Source of the DNA: Promethearchaeota archaeon
Lineage (GTDB): Archaea; Asgardarchaeota; Thorarchaeia; Thorarchaeales; Thorarchaeaceae
Direction: 5' to 3'
Assembly: GCA_048939765.1 (NCBI GenBank)
Contig: JBHLPF010000015.1
Location: 13,457 to 77,456 of the forward strand
Length of the DNA stretch: 64,000 nucleotides
Part shown: one piece after another, positions 24,016 to 33,888 of the stretch
How the letters are laid out: each line of letters starts with the position of its first letter
Position numbering within the stretch: position 1 is the first letter of the stretch
Translations under genes and position numbers: made by a program
Notes under the pieces: generated by a model
Told to the model about the DNA's origin: nothing
The model's input: the letters and a program-made list of their open reading frames with translations, nothing else
Databases searched by the model: none

Positions 24016-26902
24016 ACGGCGGAGGAGTACGACTATCGGGCTGTGGCTCCGGCTGAAACTCAATAACTGTCCGTCGTTTCGGTTTCCTTCTAATTATTAC
24101 GACATAAAGCAGTGATACGCCTACCACGCCTAGCAGGCCAAAAGTCACCACATTGATGAACAGATCATCTGCTGGGTCAAGTGGAACAAGGAATAGCTTG
24201 TTGAAGGTCTTAACATTGTCATTTGCATCAGTAGCAACAATGGTGACTTCAAAGAAACCACCGCTTGAAAGTATGAAATCTGTTGAGTATTTGTACCCTA
24301 GTGACTCTGCTACATCCCCCGTGATATCCTCGCCATTGGGGCCAAGAATGGTGATTGTGACATCCACTAGGTCGTCGTCGAACACATATGTTGTTAAATT
24401 GGCTTGATCTCCTATTCGATCCGTTTCAAGGTCGACATTATAGATTCTCGGAGCTTCGGATTGAATAGCATGAGCCAGATTCCTGAGCAGGTTAAGATTG
24501 TCTGCTCCACCGCGAATAGCATCATACAAGATGTCATCATATAGCGTGGAACCATCAGAGATCACGATAACTCGTCCCTCACCTGATTCAGCGACTGCTA
24601 CGATGGCCCTTGTCTTTGCAGCATCCAGCCAGAATAGTCCCCTGGCACCCGCTACAGAGGCATCGACTTTTAGAGTGCTCCCCCAGAGAATATAGAGGTT
24701 TGAAACCCCCTCCATTAGAGGGTCTGCCTCTACCGTTCCTCCGAAATCCTCACCGTAGAAGGCTCCTATTAATGTGGTGGGACCTTCTCCAATACCTTCT
24801 CTCAGGCATTCGATTCCATATGGCTCTAGAATTCTATTGTAGTCGACAAGTCCAAATGAAGCCTGCCCAGTGGTTTCGTTGTAGTATTCAGAGAGTACAA
24901 TGAGCGTCCCGCCCTGGTCCACAAAATCATGCAAGGCTTGAATCTCACTAGAGCTATACGATGTTTCTGTGTCCATAATCATGAAGGCTTCAGTTGTTGC
25001 TAGGTCGCTGAGCGCTATACTTGGCTGAGTAAAGAAAGATTCTCCGCCAAACTGGTCTAGAACTACTCCCTGCTCTCGAAGGTAGTCCTGAAAGTATCTG
25101 TATGCTGAGGGGTCATCATAGTCTTCATCATGATGCGCCATGTCAACGAGAAGCCGACCACCGTATGTCGTGATTGAGAACTCGATTTCAAGACTCGTAT
25201 AGTTCTGTCCACCGGAAGTAAGCTTCAGTTCTCCTGAATAGAATCCTATGGAGCTCAAAGGAAGACCTGTGTGAACGTCCAATCCAATCGAAAGATAGCT
25301 GTAGCCTATCCCAACCTGTATCTGGTTCTGCTCCACTCGAACAAACTGACTGGCATTTCCCTCAACGACCACATCCACCAATCCTAGTGAGTGTGTTGAG
25401 ATGATAGTAATATTCTGGTCTGGCCGATCCTCTCCAATAATCTGAACAGATGCTGTCCCGGGCAATGTTGGATACTTTCGAGGTGTCATTATTGTAAGTT
25501 CACCTGAACCTGCGGCGATTATCTCAGAAGAGCGTGTGACATTCGGCAATCCCCAGCCCTGCGCCATTGAGTCCGCCCCGAGATCAGTCGCTCCAGCCAT
25601 CAACGCAATCTTGACCTCAGTTGGAGTAAGACCGGAATGTTTCTGTATCAACATGGCGACGAGTCCAGCAACTTGTGGTGCTGATGCTGAGGTGCCAGAC
25701 CACTGTGTATATAGCTCCCCATAATCAGCCAGGTCATAGACTGGATACTCCAACGGATCAGAGTCAATCCATCGTGCTGATACAACCGATAACCCGGGCG
25801 CTACCACGTCTGGCTTGGCATAAAGCCCCAAGGGATCATTAATATTCCTCTCAACTGGACCTCTGCTGCTGAATGCTACTACCCCCGCTGAACCAGCTGA
25901 AGCCCCCACCGTTATTGCTTCTTGAGTAATGCCAGGCGAATTTATCGAGAACGAAGCTGGACCCGAATTCCCTGCCGCTACAACTACAGGAACTCCCTGG
26001 TTCACTGCTGCAGCAATAGCTAGGACAGAGGGCTCGACAATGAATTGGCTCTCCGTCCAAGGGCCGCCTAAACTAATACTGATGACATCAACCCCTTGGT
26101 CCACTGCAAACTCGATGCCTTGTGCAATGACAGAGTCCACTCCTGAACCATCACTTTCCAGCACCTTGATTACCAGAAGATTCGCTCCAGGTGCAGTTCC
26201 TGTGAAATTGCCCCCACTCGCCGCACCTGTTCCCGCAGCGTTTGAGGCCACTGCAGTCCCATGTCCATTGTCATCATAAGCATCGATTCCATCGCCTGGA
26301 TTCATATCAGTGCCGAGTCCAATGAAATCTTTGAAACCTATTAGTTGTCCCTGAAGATCGGGATGGTCTCCCTGGGCGCCACTATCAAGTATAGCTATCG
26401 TTGTTCCATTGCCATAGTACCCCTCTGCCCACATCCCATCCGCTGCTAGGGTTGTGGTGAAGTGCTCATAGTCCAGATCTTGGCTCATTGCATGGTACTC
26501 GATGGGCTCTCCTGTCAACACTTGCTTCTTGACATCAAGAGCGATCCCTTGGACGAAAGAGAGGCTAGATAGGGTATCAATCTCACTTGCAGATGCATAG
26601 AGTGACACAGCAGGTATCAAATGGAAGACATGACGCATATTGTCGCCATTTACCCCTAGACCATTGATTGCGGCAAAGATACTGGCCGCGGAGGTTCCAT
26701 CTGGGAAATATGCCACAATCGGCAGCTTCTCTCCTGCTGGTAGGTCGTTGATAGCTGCCGCAAGCAAAGGATCAACTATCGGGCTTGCAGAAGGAATCTC
26801 TGATTTGGCTTCCACGAGAATTAGAGATGTTGGTGCCAACAATGTGAAGATGAGAAGAACTGCAAGGAGTCTTGTTTTGAAAATGCGATAGTAGCTCACC
26901 AT
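24005..26902 (-). CDS. Membrane-anchored S8 protease with Site-1 protease (MBTPS1)-like architecture
   Basis: Signal peptide, prodomain, ILDSG / HGTAVAS / GTSASAPQVAG, Ig-like region, GATase-like/GldG-type domain (RLLVDMAH...DTETSYSSSEIQALHDFVDQGGTLIVLSEYYN...GRVIVISD), TM, RRKPKRR tail; start taken at ATG 26902. Confidence 0.85.
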   Translation of the reverse strand: MVSYYRIFKTRLLAVLLIFTLLAPTSLILVEAKSEIPSASPIVDPLLAAAINDLPAGEKLPIVAYFPDGTSAASIFAAINGLGVNGDNMRHVFHLIPAVSLYASASEIDTLSSLSFVQGIALDVKKQVLTGEPIEYHAMSQDLDYEHFTTTLAADGMWAEGYYGNGTTIAILDSGAQGDHPDLQGQLIGFKDFIGLGTDMNPGDGIDAYDDNGHGTAVASNAAGTGAASGGNFTGTAPGANLLVIKVLESDGSGVDSVIAQGIEFAVDQGVDVISISLGGPWTESQFIVEPSVLAIAAAVNQGVPVVVAAGNSGPASFSINSPGITQEAITVGASAGSAGVVAFSSRGPVERNINDPLGLYAKPDVVAPGLSVVSARWIDSDPLEYPVYDLADYGELYTQWSGTSASAPQVAGLVAMLIQKHSGLTPTEVKIALMAGATDLGADSMAQGWGLPNVTRSSEIIAAGSGELTIMTPRKYPTLPGTASVQIIGEDRPDQNITIISTHSLGLVDVVVEGNASQFVRVEQNQIQVGIGYSYLSIGLDVHTGLPLSSIGFYSGELKLTSGGQNYTSLEIEFSITTYGGRLLVDMAHHDEDYDDPSAYRYFQDYLREQGVVLDQFGGESFFTQPSIALSDLATTEAFMIMDTETSYSSSEIQALHDFVDQGGTLIVLSEYYNETTGQASFGLVDYNRILEPYGIECLREGIGEGPTTLIGAFYGEDFGGTVEADPLMEGVSNLYILWGSTLKVDASVAGARGLFWLDAAKTRAIVAVAESGEGRVIVISDGSTLYDDILYDAIRGGADNLNLLRNLAHAIQSEAPRIYNVDLETDRIGDQANLTTYVFDDDLVDVTITILGPNGEDITGDVAESLGYKYSTDFILSSGGFFEVTIVATDANDNVKTFNKLFLVPLDPADDLFINVVTFGLLGVVGVSLLYVVIIRRKPKRRTVIEFQPEPQPDSRTPPPSIS

Positions 26903-27077
26903 GTGTCTGTCCGTCCACGCGGGGTGTTTCGACAAATCAGATAAGGGTTTTCTTGGGTGCCAGCTTGTACGAATGGCTACAGCTCGGTGGCGCCGAGAAA
27001 TGGAAGTATATCCATTTTTGCATACCATTATGTGAGGATAGTCAGGAGGACTTGTCCTGTTAGAGGTGCTGAGTAAA

Positions 27078-27368
27078 ATGAGTACAAAACCGCGGATATA
27101 CGAACGCCGACTTCAGATCAAGCATTTCTTTGATGATCGGGACACCGGTGCTAAGAGAAGGACTTGGCTTGAGGTTCAGCTTCAACCCCCGGAGAAGACC
27201 GAAGAGGGTTGGGTAAATGATGGCAAGATCCGCATTTCATTGGGCGAGGATCGCGATGTCAAGGGTGCTTTTCTTCTGAATATTGACGAGGCCAGCAGGC
27301 TGTTCAAAACCCTTGAAACAGTAGTTGAGGACCATGAAAGAATGAAGGGTGAGCTCTGGAAGAGATAG
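27078..27368 (+). CDS. Small protein, possible PC4/PUR/Whirly-like nucleic-acid-binding fold
   Basis: Predicted four beta strands then a helix (FLLNIDEASRLFKTLE); gaggtg RBS. Confidence 0.55.
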   Translation: MSTKPRIYERRLQIKHFFDDRDTGAKRRTWLEVQLQPPEKTEEGWVNDGKIRISLGEDRDVKGAFLLNIDEASRLFKTLETVVEDHERMKGELWKR

Positions 27369-27380
27369 ACGCTCAACCAG

Positions 27381-27410
27381 TTCTGTCCCTCAGTTCTCTG
27401 TGGGGCAGGA
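27381..27410 (+). terminator. Stem-loop 3' of the PC4-like gene
   Basis: UUCUGUCCC-U-CAG-UUCU-CUG-U-GGGGCAGGA with G-U pairs on the + strand, then U-rich sequence. Confidence 0.45.
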
Positions 27411-27500
27411 CGCCATAATTTTCTATTTGTATCTAGATACCCAGAATATACTTATTCAGCGATTTTCATCATACTCTCTAGCGTAACAGGAGGATATGCA

Positions 27501-28559
27501 ATGGCGAATCCCAATATCGTTGCTGGCTTCCAAGCATTAATCGACATCGAGTTTCCTGAAGTGGACGTTCTAGCAGTGACTCCCTATGTCCTGCCACTTA
27601 TCTTCATTGGTGCCATGATATTGCTGTATCAGAGGCATCTGCCTCAGGACTCAACAAGACGTAACCTACTTGTAGCTGGCGGTGGGGGATGTCTTCTTGT
27701 TGCCATAGTAGTCCTAGTTTACGCAGCATTTGGAGGGACTCCATGGATTGATTTCCAGGACTTTGGTTCTTGGGCACAAGTAATGGGAATTGTTCAGCTT
27801 CTCACTGATACACTGTATGGCTCCATTTGGATGGGAGTAATCTATCTAATTCTCATTTCAAGCGTCTTTGTAGGAGTTGCCTATCGCACCATAGCTCCTC
27901 CGGATCCGGACTTCGTTGCACTCAGAGATGTGCTAAAAGAGGCACAGAACAAAATGAAGTCCATGAAAGACAATGTACAGAAAATTGAGGGCGAGAACAA
28001 GGAGCTGAACGAGTTTCTCTCCGAGAAGGAGAACTCACTCACTGCACTGCAGGGACAGTTGGATGCTATTAAGGAGGAAGTCGCTGAGAGAGAAGCAGCT
28101 ATGAAGGCAATGGAGGCTAGTCTAAGCTCTGCAGGCATGAGCGCTGATCAAGAACAGGAGCTTCTGCAGACTATTTCAGTTAAGGACCAGACCATCAGCA
28201 ATCTTCAGGCGGAGATCGAGATGTTGAAGGAGTCGGGAGCTGCAACTGGTGCTGTAGACGCTGATATCATGGCAAAGCTGCAGGACTATATTCGCAGGGC
28301 AGAAACGGCCTCAGAAGTATCGGACAGTGTAATCTCAGACCTTGCTGAACTGATCTCTCAGGTCGAGAGCAGTCCATTGGACGTGTCTGCGCAAATTGCT
28401 CTGACTAGTCTAATCAAGACAATGGGAAGGGCAATGGGCAGAGTGTCTGCGCCACCTAGTGGACTAGTAAAGGCAGACCCCAAAATCGAGTTGATTGGCG
28501 CTGTAATGATAGCTCATGAGATTGTTGATGGAATAAAGAAGATGACACGGGGAACCTAA
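27501..28559 (+). CDS. Membrane protein (about 3 TM) with long coiled coil
   Basis: N-terminal hydrophobic helices; heptad-rich E/K/Q/L region at about aa 140-245; aggagg RBS. Confidence 0.75.
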   Translation: MANPNIVAGFQALIDIEFPEVDVLAVTPYVLPLIFIGAMILLYQRHLPQDSTRRNLLVAGGGGCLLVAIVVLVYAAFGGTPWIDFQDFGSWAQVMGIVQLLTDTLYGSIWMGVIYLILISSVFVGVAYRTIAPPDPDFVALRDVLKEAQNKMKSMKDNVQKIEGENKELNEFLSEKENSLTALQGQLDAIKEEVAEREAAMKAMEASLSSAGMSADQEQELLQTISVKDQTISNLQAEIEMLKESGAATGAVDADIMAKLQDYIRRAETASEVSDSVISDLAELISQVESSPLDVSAQIALTSLIKTMGRAMGRVSAPPSGLVKADPKIELIGAVMIAHEIVDGIKKMTRGT

Positions 28560-28635
28560 TTCTATATTCTCTCGCTTCTTCTCCTGTTAGGCACACACAG
28601 ATTCCAACCCTCACGTCGATTGAATGAGTCGATGA

Positions 28636-29166
28636 CTAGAATTTCTCTGATACCACCACTTGTGTCATAGGTCTACGTGGTCTTTTCTCTGGCATAGCCC
28701 CAGCTATATGGCCAATCGGAATTATGGCAACAGGCCGCATCTCATCGGGAACTGACACTGCTTTTGCCGCCAGGTCTTCATCAAATGCTCCTATCCAACA
28801 TGCGCCATATCCTTTCATATGAGCTGCTAGGAGCAAGTTCAGTGTCAAGGCGGCGGTGTCTTGGAGAACGTATAGTGTTTCACCCCTCTTTCCATATCTC
28901 TCGGCTGATTCCTTCGGAACAGCGCATACAACCAAGACGACAGGTGCCTGGGCAAGAAATTTCTGGTTAAGCGCAGCCTCGACAAGAGAGGCCTTGGTTT
29001 TCTTGTTCCTGACAACAACTACACGCCATGGTTGTCTATTGCCAGCAGATGGGGCACTGAATCCCACCTCAAGTATTTCATTCACATTCTCTTCACTGAT
29101 ATCTATGCTATCGAACTTTCTAATCGAGCGTCTCCTCTTTATTGTGTCCAAACAGCTTTCATTCAT
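28636..29166 (-). CDS. Nitroreductase family protein
   Basis: RRSIRKF, APSAGNRQPW, GYGACWIG. Confidence 0.93.
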   Translation of the reverse strand: MNESCLDTIKRRRSIRKFDSIDISEENVNEILEVGFSAPSAGNRQPWRVVVVRNKKTKASLVEAALNQKFLAQAPVVLVVCAVPKESAERYGKRGETLYVLQDTAALTLNLLLAAHMKGYGACWIGAFDEDLAAKAVSVPDEMRPVAIIPIGHIAGAMPEKRPRRPMTQVVVSEKF

Positions 29167-30142
29167 TCTTGTACGCCTCCGGATTCACAATGTTTGGCGG
29201 AGTTTCACCTTGAAGGGCAGCTATCAAATTCGCAGCGCTCATCTTTGCCATCTTTGCTCGTGTGTCTATGCTTGCACTCCCAATGTGCGGCAAAATAACG
29301 ACATTATCAAGCTTAAGTAATCTGCTTTTCATTGGGATGGGCTCCTCTGTGAATACATCAAGACCCGCACCCGCAATCAATCCTGTTTCCAGCGCTTGAG
29401 TCAAAGCGTCCTCATCAATCACCGGACCCCTTGAGGTATTCACTAGCACTGCAGACGGCTTCATCATCTGCAACTCGTCGATTCCAATCATCCCTCGGGT
29501 ATCATCTGTCAAGGGAACGTGAACGGAAACAACGTCTGACTCGCGAAGAAGTGTTTCTAGATCTGTTCTCAAAGCGTCCAATTCAGACTCAATCTCCTTC
29601 TTCCTGGACCTGGAGTGATAGAGTATCTTCATCGAGAATCCAGATGCCCGTCGGGCTACAGCAGTGCCTATTCGACCCATTCCTATGATTCCAAGTGTCG
29701 ATCCGAAGATATCCCTTCCAAGAAGCATCATAGGATCCCATGCAACTCTCCAATGGCCATTCCTCACGTATCGATCGGCCTCGGGAACCCTTCGACATGC
29801 AGCTAGGATTAGAGCCCAGGTTAGGTCTGCAGTTGTTTCTGTGAGAATCCCTGGTGTGTTCGTGACAGCAATATTTCTTTCAGTCGCGTTTCGAACGTCG
29901 ATGTTGTCATAGCCCACGGCGCATTGTGCAACAACTCTCAGGCTAGGAAGGGAATCCATCAGCTCAGCATCAATTGGGTCTGAGAGGAGTGTGACAAGTC
30001 CCTTACACCCTTGAGCACCCTTGATTATTTCAGCCTTTGATGGTGGTTGATTCTCGGTCCAGACAATAGCATCAAAATTCGCCTTTATCTGTTCTAGACC
30101 ATCCTCCGGTATTCTTCTAGTTACAAATACACGATCTCTCAT
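29159..30142 (-). CDS. gyaR: Glyoxylate reductase / D-2-hydroxyacid dehydrogenase
   Basis: AVGYDNID, TNTPG, GIIGMGRIG, NTSRG, LDVFTEEP, PHIGSA. Confidence 0.88.
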   Translation of the reverse strand: MRDRVFVTRRIPEDGLEQIKANFDAIVWTENQPPSKAEIIKGAQGCKGLVTLLSDPIDAELMDSLPSLRVVAQCAVGYDNIDVRNATERNIAVTNTPGILTETTADLTWALILAACRRVPEADRYVRNGHWRVAWDPMMLLGRDIFGSTLGIIGMGRIGTAVARRASGFSMKILYHSRSRKKEIESELDALRTDLETLLRESDVVSVHVPLTDDTRGMIGIDELQMMKPSAVLVNTSRGPVIDEDALTQALETGLIAGAGLDVFTEEPIPMKSRLLKLDNVVILPHIGSASIDTRAKMAKMSAANLIAALQGETPPNIVNPEAYKNE

Positions 30143-30376
30143 TTTGGATTACTCGGATTCTCTTTGTCTTGATGATAATTCGACTTCGACTATCCTCCAC
30201 TTGAATACTCCCTTGTTACCACACTTTCTCCATTATTGTCACGTAAGATCCGCCGGATTTGTAGTAGAGTAACTACTCAAAGATGGAGCATTCTGCTTTG
30301 AACTATTGTCTTATATTGCGTAGAGAGAATATATGTCGTGGAAGGTTATAGCCCGAAAGAGGGCGAGTGGTGAACA

Positions 30377-30643
30377 ATGTCCTTAGAGCTACCAAGAAGT
30401 GCAATTATAATCCTCGACAAGCTGACGCATGATGGTCCTCTGACCCCTAAAGACATATCCACCCGAGTGGATCTTGCTCCGCGAACAGTTTCATTTGCGC
30501 TACGCAAGTTGATGGGGCAGAGACTCTGCAGAAAAATCCCAAACCTCCAAGATATGAGGCAGCCCCTCTATCTGGCCGATGTAGAGAGAGCCAGAGAGCT
30601 TCGAATGAGGTTCGAGCATGTATTCCGTCAGGTTCTCAGGTAA
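30377..30643 (+). CDS. Small winged-helix (MarR-like) transcriptional regulator
   Basis: GPLTPKDI...LAPRTVSFALRKL...DMRQPLY. Confidence 0.85.
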   Translation: MSLELPRSAIIILDKLTHDGPLTPKDISTRVDLAPRTVSFALRKLMGQRLCRKIPNLQDMRQPLYLADVERARELRMRFEHVFRQVLR

Positions 30644-30758
30644 TAGTAGGACCCTGCCCGTTTTTTCTGCCTTTTGTTGAGTTTGAGATTCTCGGTCATC
30701 GAAAACATTCAAGTAGAGTTAATAGTGAGGACTGAATTTCCGCCCTGGATGCATTGAC

Positions 30759-30944
30759 ATGGCGCACGAAGGAATTGTTTCTCTGCTGGTCGTTTTGGGA
30801 ATTATCCTCATTGTATCGTATCAACTCGGCCCAAGTAAAGAAGTTCGTGAGGTAAAACGGCTCGAAGCGAAGGCAATGACTTTGCCATCTGCAATCCTGC
30901 TATTTATTCTTGCAGCGATTTTGTTTAGTGGAATTCTAGGCTAG
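30759..30944 (+). CDS. Small 2-TM membrane protein
   Basis: 61 aa with two hydrophobic helices; abuts the convergent gene. Confidence 0.55.
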   Translation: MAHEGIVSLLVVLGIILIVSYQLGPSKEVREVKRLEAKAMTLPSAILLFILAAILFSGILG

Positions 30945-31915
30945 GTCTTTCCAAACTCCATTGCAACAAGCTTGCAGAAAATCGCTGCTGACACAAAATC
31001 CGCTGTTGTGCCGGGGTTTAGAAGATTTCCTTCCTTTCTCAACTCATCATCTAGATGCGCGAGTAAGTCTTCACTCTCTATGCCATTCATGCCATTTCCA
31101 ACAATTCTCTCAGCGAGAGATCTGACTTGTTCAGCTCTCTTAATCCCCGCTTTCTTCAGGATAAGCCCATCATGTTCCCGTGATAATTGCCAGATGAATG
31201 TTCTAACGATGCCTTCTTCTAAGTCCTCAAGACATTTGGCCACTTCATCCAAGTAAGGAAAGACCTGACCGAGAATGCCCTGATAATATTCTGACCATTC
31301 TCGAGAAATGGGATCAACATTGGCTGACATTTTGAAGAGATCTCGCAGAGTCATGTTGTCTTCTCTAATATTGTCAAACACCTCAGGATTCTCGACATCA
31401 AATCTGTCGTGAAGCTCAGTCCAAGTAGCATCTGCCCTGCTCAATTGCCCTCCTGGTAGGATTAGATGGAATGCTCTATAGAGATCAATTGTATCTTCAC
31501 ATGTTGTACTGTCAATAATTCGTCTGATCCAGGAGCTCATCTCGCTTGAAACGAATTTCTTTGAGGCGGCAATGGTTGCTCCAGCCGCGATGACGAGTGG
31601 CACATGTAGAAGAATGGATCCAAAGATCGTATTCCGCTGATTCAAACCAGAAAATACATCCTTGGAAAACTCGTGGATGATGCTGCCGATTTTCACATCT
31701 TCCGGACTGATAATCTCCTCGGCTAGTTCTTGCCCTCTTGATGCTGCTAAATACAAGCCCCTGGAGGCGAGAGATGCACTGGCTAGAAAATGTCGGTATC
31801 CAGTGTCAGAGAATCTTCTAAGCCTGCTCACATTTCCTGGCTTGGGGGAACTAACCTCCATTAGAATGGAAAGCTGTCCTAGACTTGCAATTTTCCATGG
31901 TATATTCGTTTTCAA
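30941..31915 (-). CDS. citG: CitG-family triphosphoribosyl-dephospho-CoA synthase-like protein
   Basis: MEVSSPKPGNV, NTIFG, NPGTTAD. Confidence 0.85.
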   Translation of the reverse strand: MKTNIPWKIASLGQLSILMEVSSPKPGNVSRLRRFSDTGYRHFLASASLASRGLYLAASRGQELAEEIISPEDVKIGSIIHEFSKDVFSGLNQRNTIFGSILLHVPLVIAAGATIAASKKFVSSEMSSWIRRIIDSTTCEDTIDLYRAFHLILPGGQLSRADATWTELHDRFDVENPEVFDNIREDNMTLRDLFKMSANVDPISREWSEYYQGILGQVFPYLDEVAKCLEDLEEGIVRTFIWQLSREHDGLILKKAGIKRAEQVRSLAERIVGNGMNGIESEDLLAHLDDELRKEGNLLNPGTTADFVSAAIFCKLVAMEFGKT

Positions 31916-32008
31916 AGCGAGAAGTTGGGATATGCACCTTCGTTTAAGGGATTCGCATCCGGGAGAAAAGGCTATTTGCCCAGCATTTTTCCAAGAATGT
32001 GAATCGCA

Positions 32009-32347
32009 ATGAATGCACCAATCCTCTCCGCGCGCTTGACTTTCTCACAGATTGGCCTGTTCATAGCAATAATCATCTATCTGGCGGTCAGAGGCTTCTT
32101 TGTGATACTCAACATCGGTATCCTATGGACCACAGTGGGTGGCTTTCTTGCAATAGCGATCCCTCCAATCTCAACCATTGTGATGGGATTCACAGCATGT
32201 GTTATTGCCTATGGATATTCGTACTTGGGTCTCTGGCTAATGGACAAGAACAAACATCTCTTAGGATTGATAACAATATTTATGGCAGTGATATTTCTAC
32301 CAGGCTTGCTTGGGGCTTACTCATATCTTGCATTCCCACCAGTCTAG
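32009..32347 (+). CDS. Small multi-TM membrane protein
   Basis: Highly hydrophobic 112-aa ORF. Confidence 0.55.
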   Translation: MNAPILSARLTFSQIGLFIAIIIYLAVRGFFVILNIGILWTTVGGFLAIAIPPISTIVMGFTACVIAYGYSYLGLWLMDKNKHLLGLITIFMAVIFLPGLLGAYSYLAFPPV

Positions 32348-33090
32348 ATGTTGGTGATTGCAGGTACAATATCGGATGCCCTACCTCGAAGTACCAAGTC
32401 GGCCATGTGATCTTTATTCGTACCTGTCAGATTGACAATTATGATTTTGGCTCCTTCATTCTTGGCTAGTTGTGGAAGAAAAGCAACAGGAAACACTGTC
32501 AGGCTTGCGCCAATTACTAGCATCAGGTCCGCAGAGCGGCACATTTCTATGGCCTCTTGCATGGGCGTTTCAGGAAGAGGCTCGCCAAACAAGATTGCTT
32601 CAGACTTCAGGACCCCGCCACATTGGTCGCATATTGGTGGAATCTCGCCCTCTGCCACACGTCGATGAATTTCCTCTCCTATATATTGCATTCCGCAGTT
32701 CATGCAATAGGCTCGTAGATAATTACCATGCAGCTCTATGACTTTCTTGCTTCCTGCCAACTGGTGCAAGTTGTCGATGTTCGATGTAATGATTCCGCTA
32801 AGCTTACCAGTCTCTTCTAGTCTTGCAAGTCCAATATGGGCGGCATTAGGCTCTGCCTTTAGAATTACTTCAGCTAGTTCTTGTCCCATCTGCCAGAATT
32901 TCTCGGGATTCCTTAGGAATGAATCGTAGGTGGCATATTCATGAGGGTCGTATCTTTCCCAGAGACCGCCCTCTGAGCGAAAATCCGGGATTCCTGAATC
33001 GACACTGATTCCAGCGCCGGTTAGTGCAACAATGCGTTCAGCCTTTTTGATGTGATCAATTGCTTGCTGGAGGTCTTCTTTGCTTGCCAT
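32344..33090 (-). CDS. cobB: Sir2-family NAD-dependent protein deacylase
   Basis: GAGISVDSGIPDFR, SNIDNLH, ELHG, CxxC...CxxC, LFGE. Confidence 0.93.
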   Translation of the reverse strand: MASKEDLQQAIDHIKKAERIVALTGAGISVDSGIPDFRSEGGLWERYDPHEYATYDSFLRNPEKFWQMGQELAEVILKAEPNAAHIGLARLEETGKLSGIITSNIDNLHQLAGSKKVIELHGNYLRAYCMNCGMQYIGEEIHRRVAEGEIPPICDQCGGVLKSEAILFGEPLPETPMQEAIEMCRSADLMLVIGASLTVFPVAFLPQLAKNEGAKIIIVNLTGTNKDHMADLVLRGRASDIVPAITNI

Positions 33091-33264
33091 GGCACTTCAT
33101 CAAACGCTTGGCCTAAAAGGCGTTTTCGGTCAGTTCGAAAAGTTTTTCTTCGAAAATGGAAAGACGGCCGACAGCCGGGGTGAGGTATAGACATTTCTCT
33201 CTATCACCTTATGGATTCCAGCCCCAGAAGCACCTGTTTGAGTTTGAGAACAAGTAGTTGATAG

Positions 33265-33888
33265 GTGGAACTGCGAAGAATGCAGGGCGAGCGTGAAAAT
33301 GAGCCAAGAGAAGTCGATTTGACCGCTGAGGACGAAGAGGAGGACTTCGAGCTCATTCCTACATCGAAGGATGATGAGATTGAGCAAGCGGATTTGAAAT
33401 CTGAGGAGCTTTTCGATAAACTTCAGCGTTTGCAGGCTGAATTTGATAATTACCGCAAGCGGATGGAAAACCGCTTCAGTGAGGCTGCGAAATTCGCTTC
33501 TGAAGGAATCCTACTGAGAGTTCTTGAGGTCTATGATAACCTTGAACGAGCGCTCGAAGTTGACTTCTCTAAGAATCCCAAAGCCGCAAGGGAAGGTGTT
33601 GGCGCAATAGAGAAGCAAGTCAGGAACCTGCTAGAACGGGAAGGTGTCAAACCCAAGGAATCTATGGGAATGCCCTTTGATCCTTACTACCAACATGCTG
33701 TGGGGACCGCGAACGATGCTGACAAGCCTGATGGCTCAGTGGTAGATGTATTCCAGAAGGGATACATGTTGAAGGAGAAAGTACTGAGACCAGCGCTTGT
33801 TGTCGTGAACCGGCATGAACTCCCTCCAGATTCGGAGGGTCAAGACGATACAGTTGATGAAGAATCGAAGAATAACGGTGATGAATGA
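33265..33888 (+). CDS. grpE: Nucleotide exchange factor GrpE
   Basis: [31 protein letters not shown]...LRPALVVV. Confidence 0.95.
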   Translation: MELRRMQGERENEPREVDLTAEDEEEDFELIPTSKDDEIEQADLKSEELFDKLQRLQAEFDNYRKRMENRFSEAAKFASEGILLRVLEVYDNLERALEVDFSKNPKAAREGVGAIEKQVRNLLEREGVKPKESMGMPFDPYYQHAVGTANDADKPDGSVVDVFQKGYMLKEKVLRPALVVVNRHELPPDSEGQDDTVDEESKNNGDE

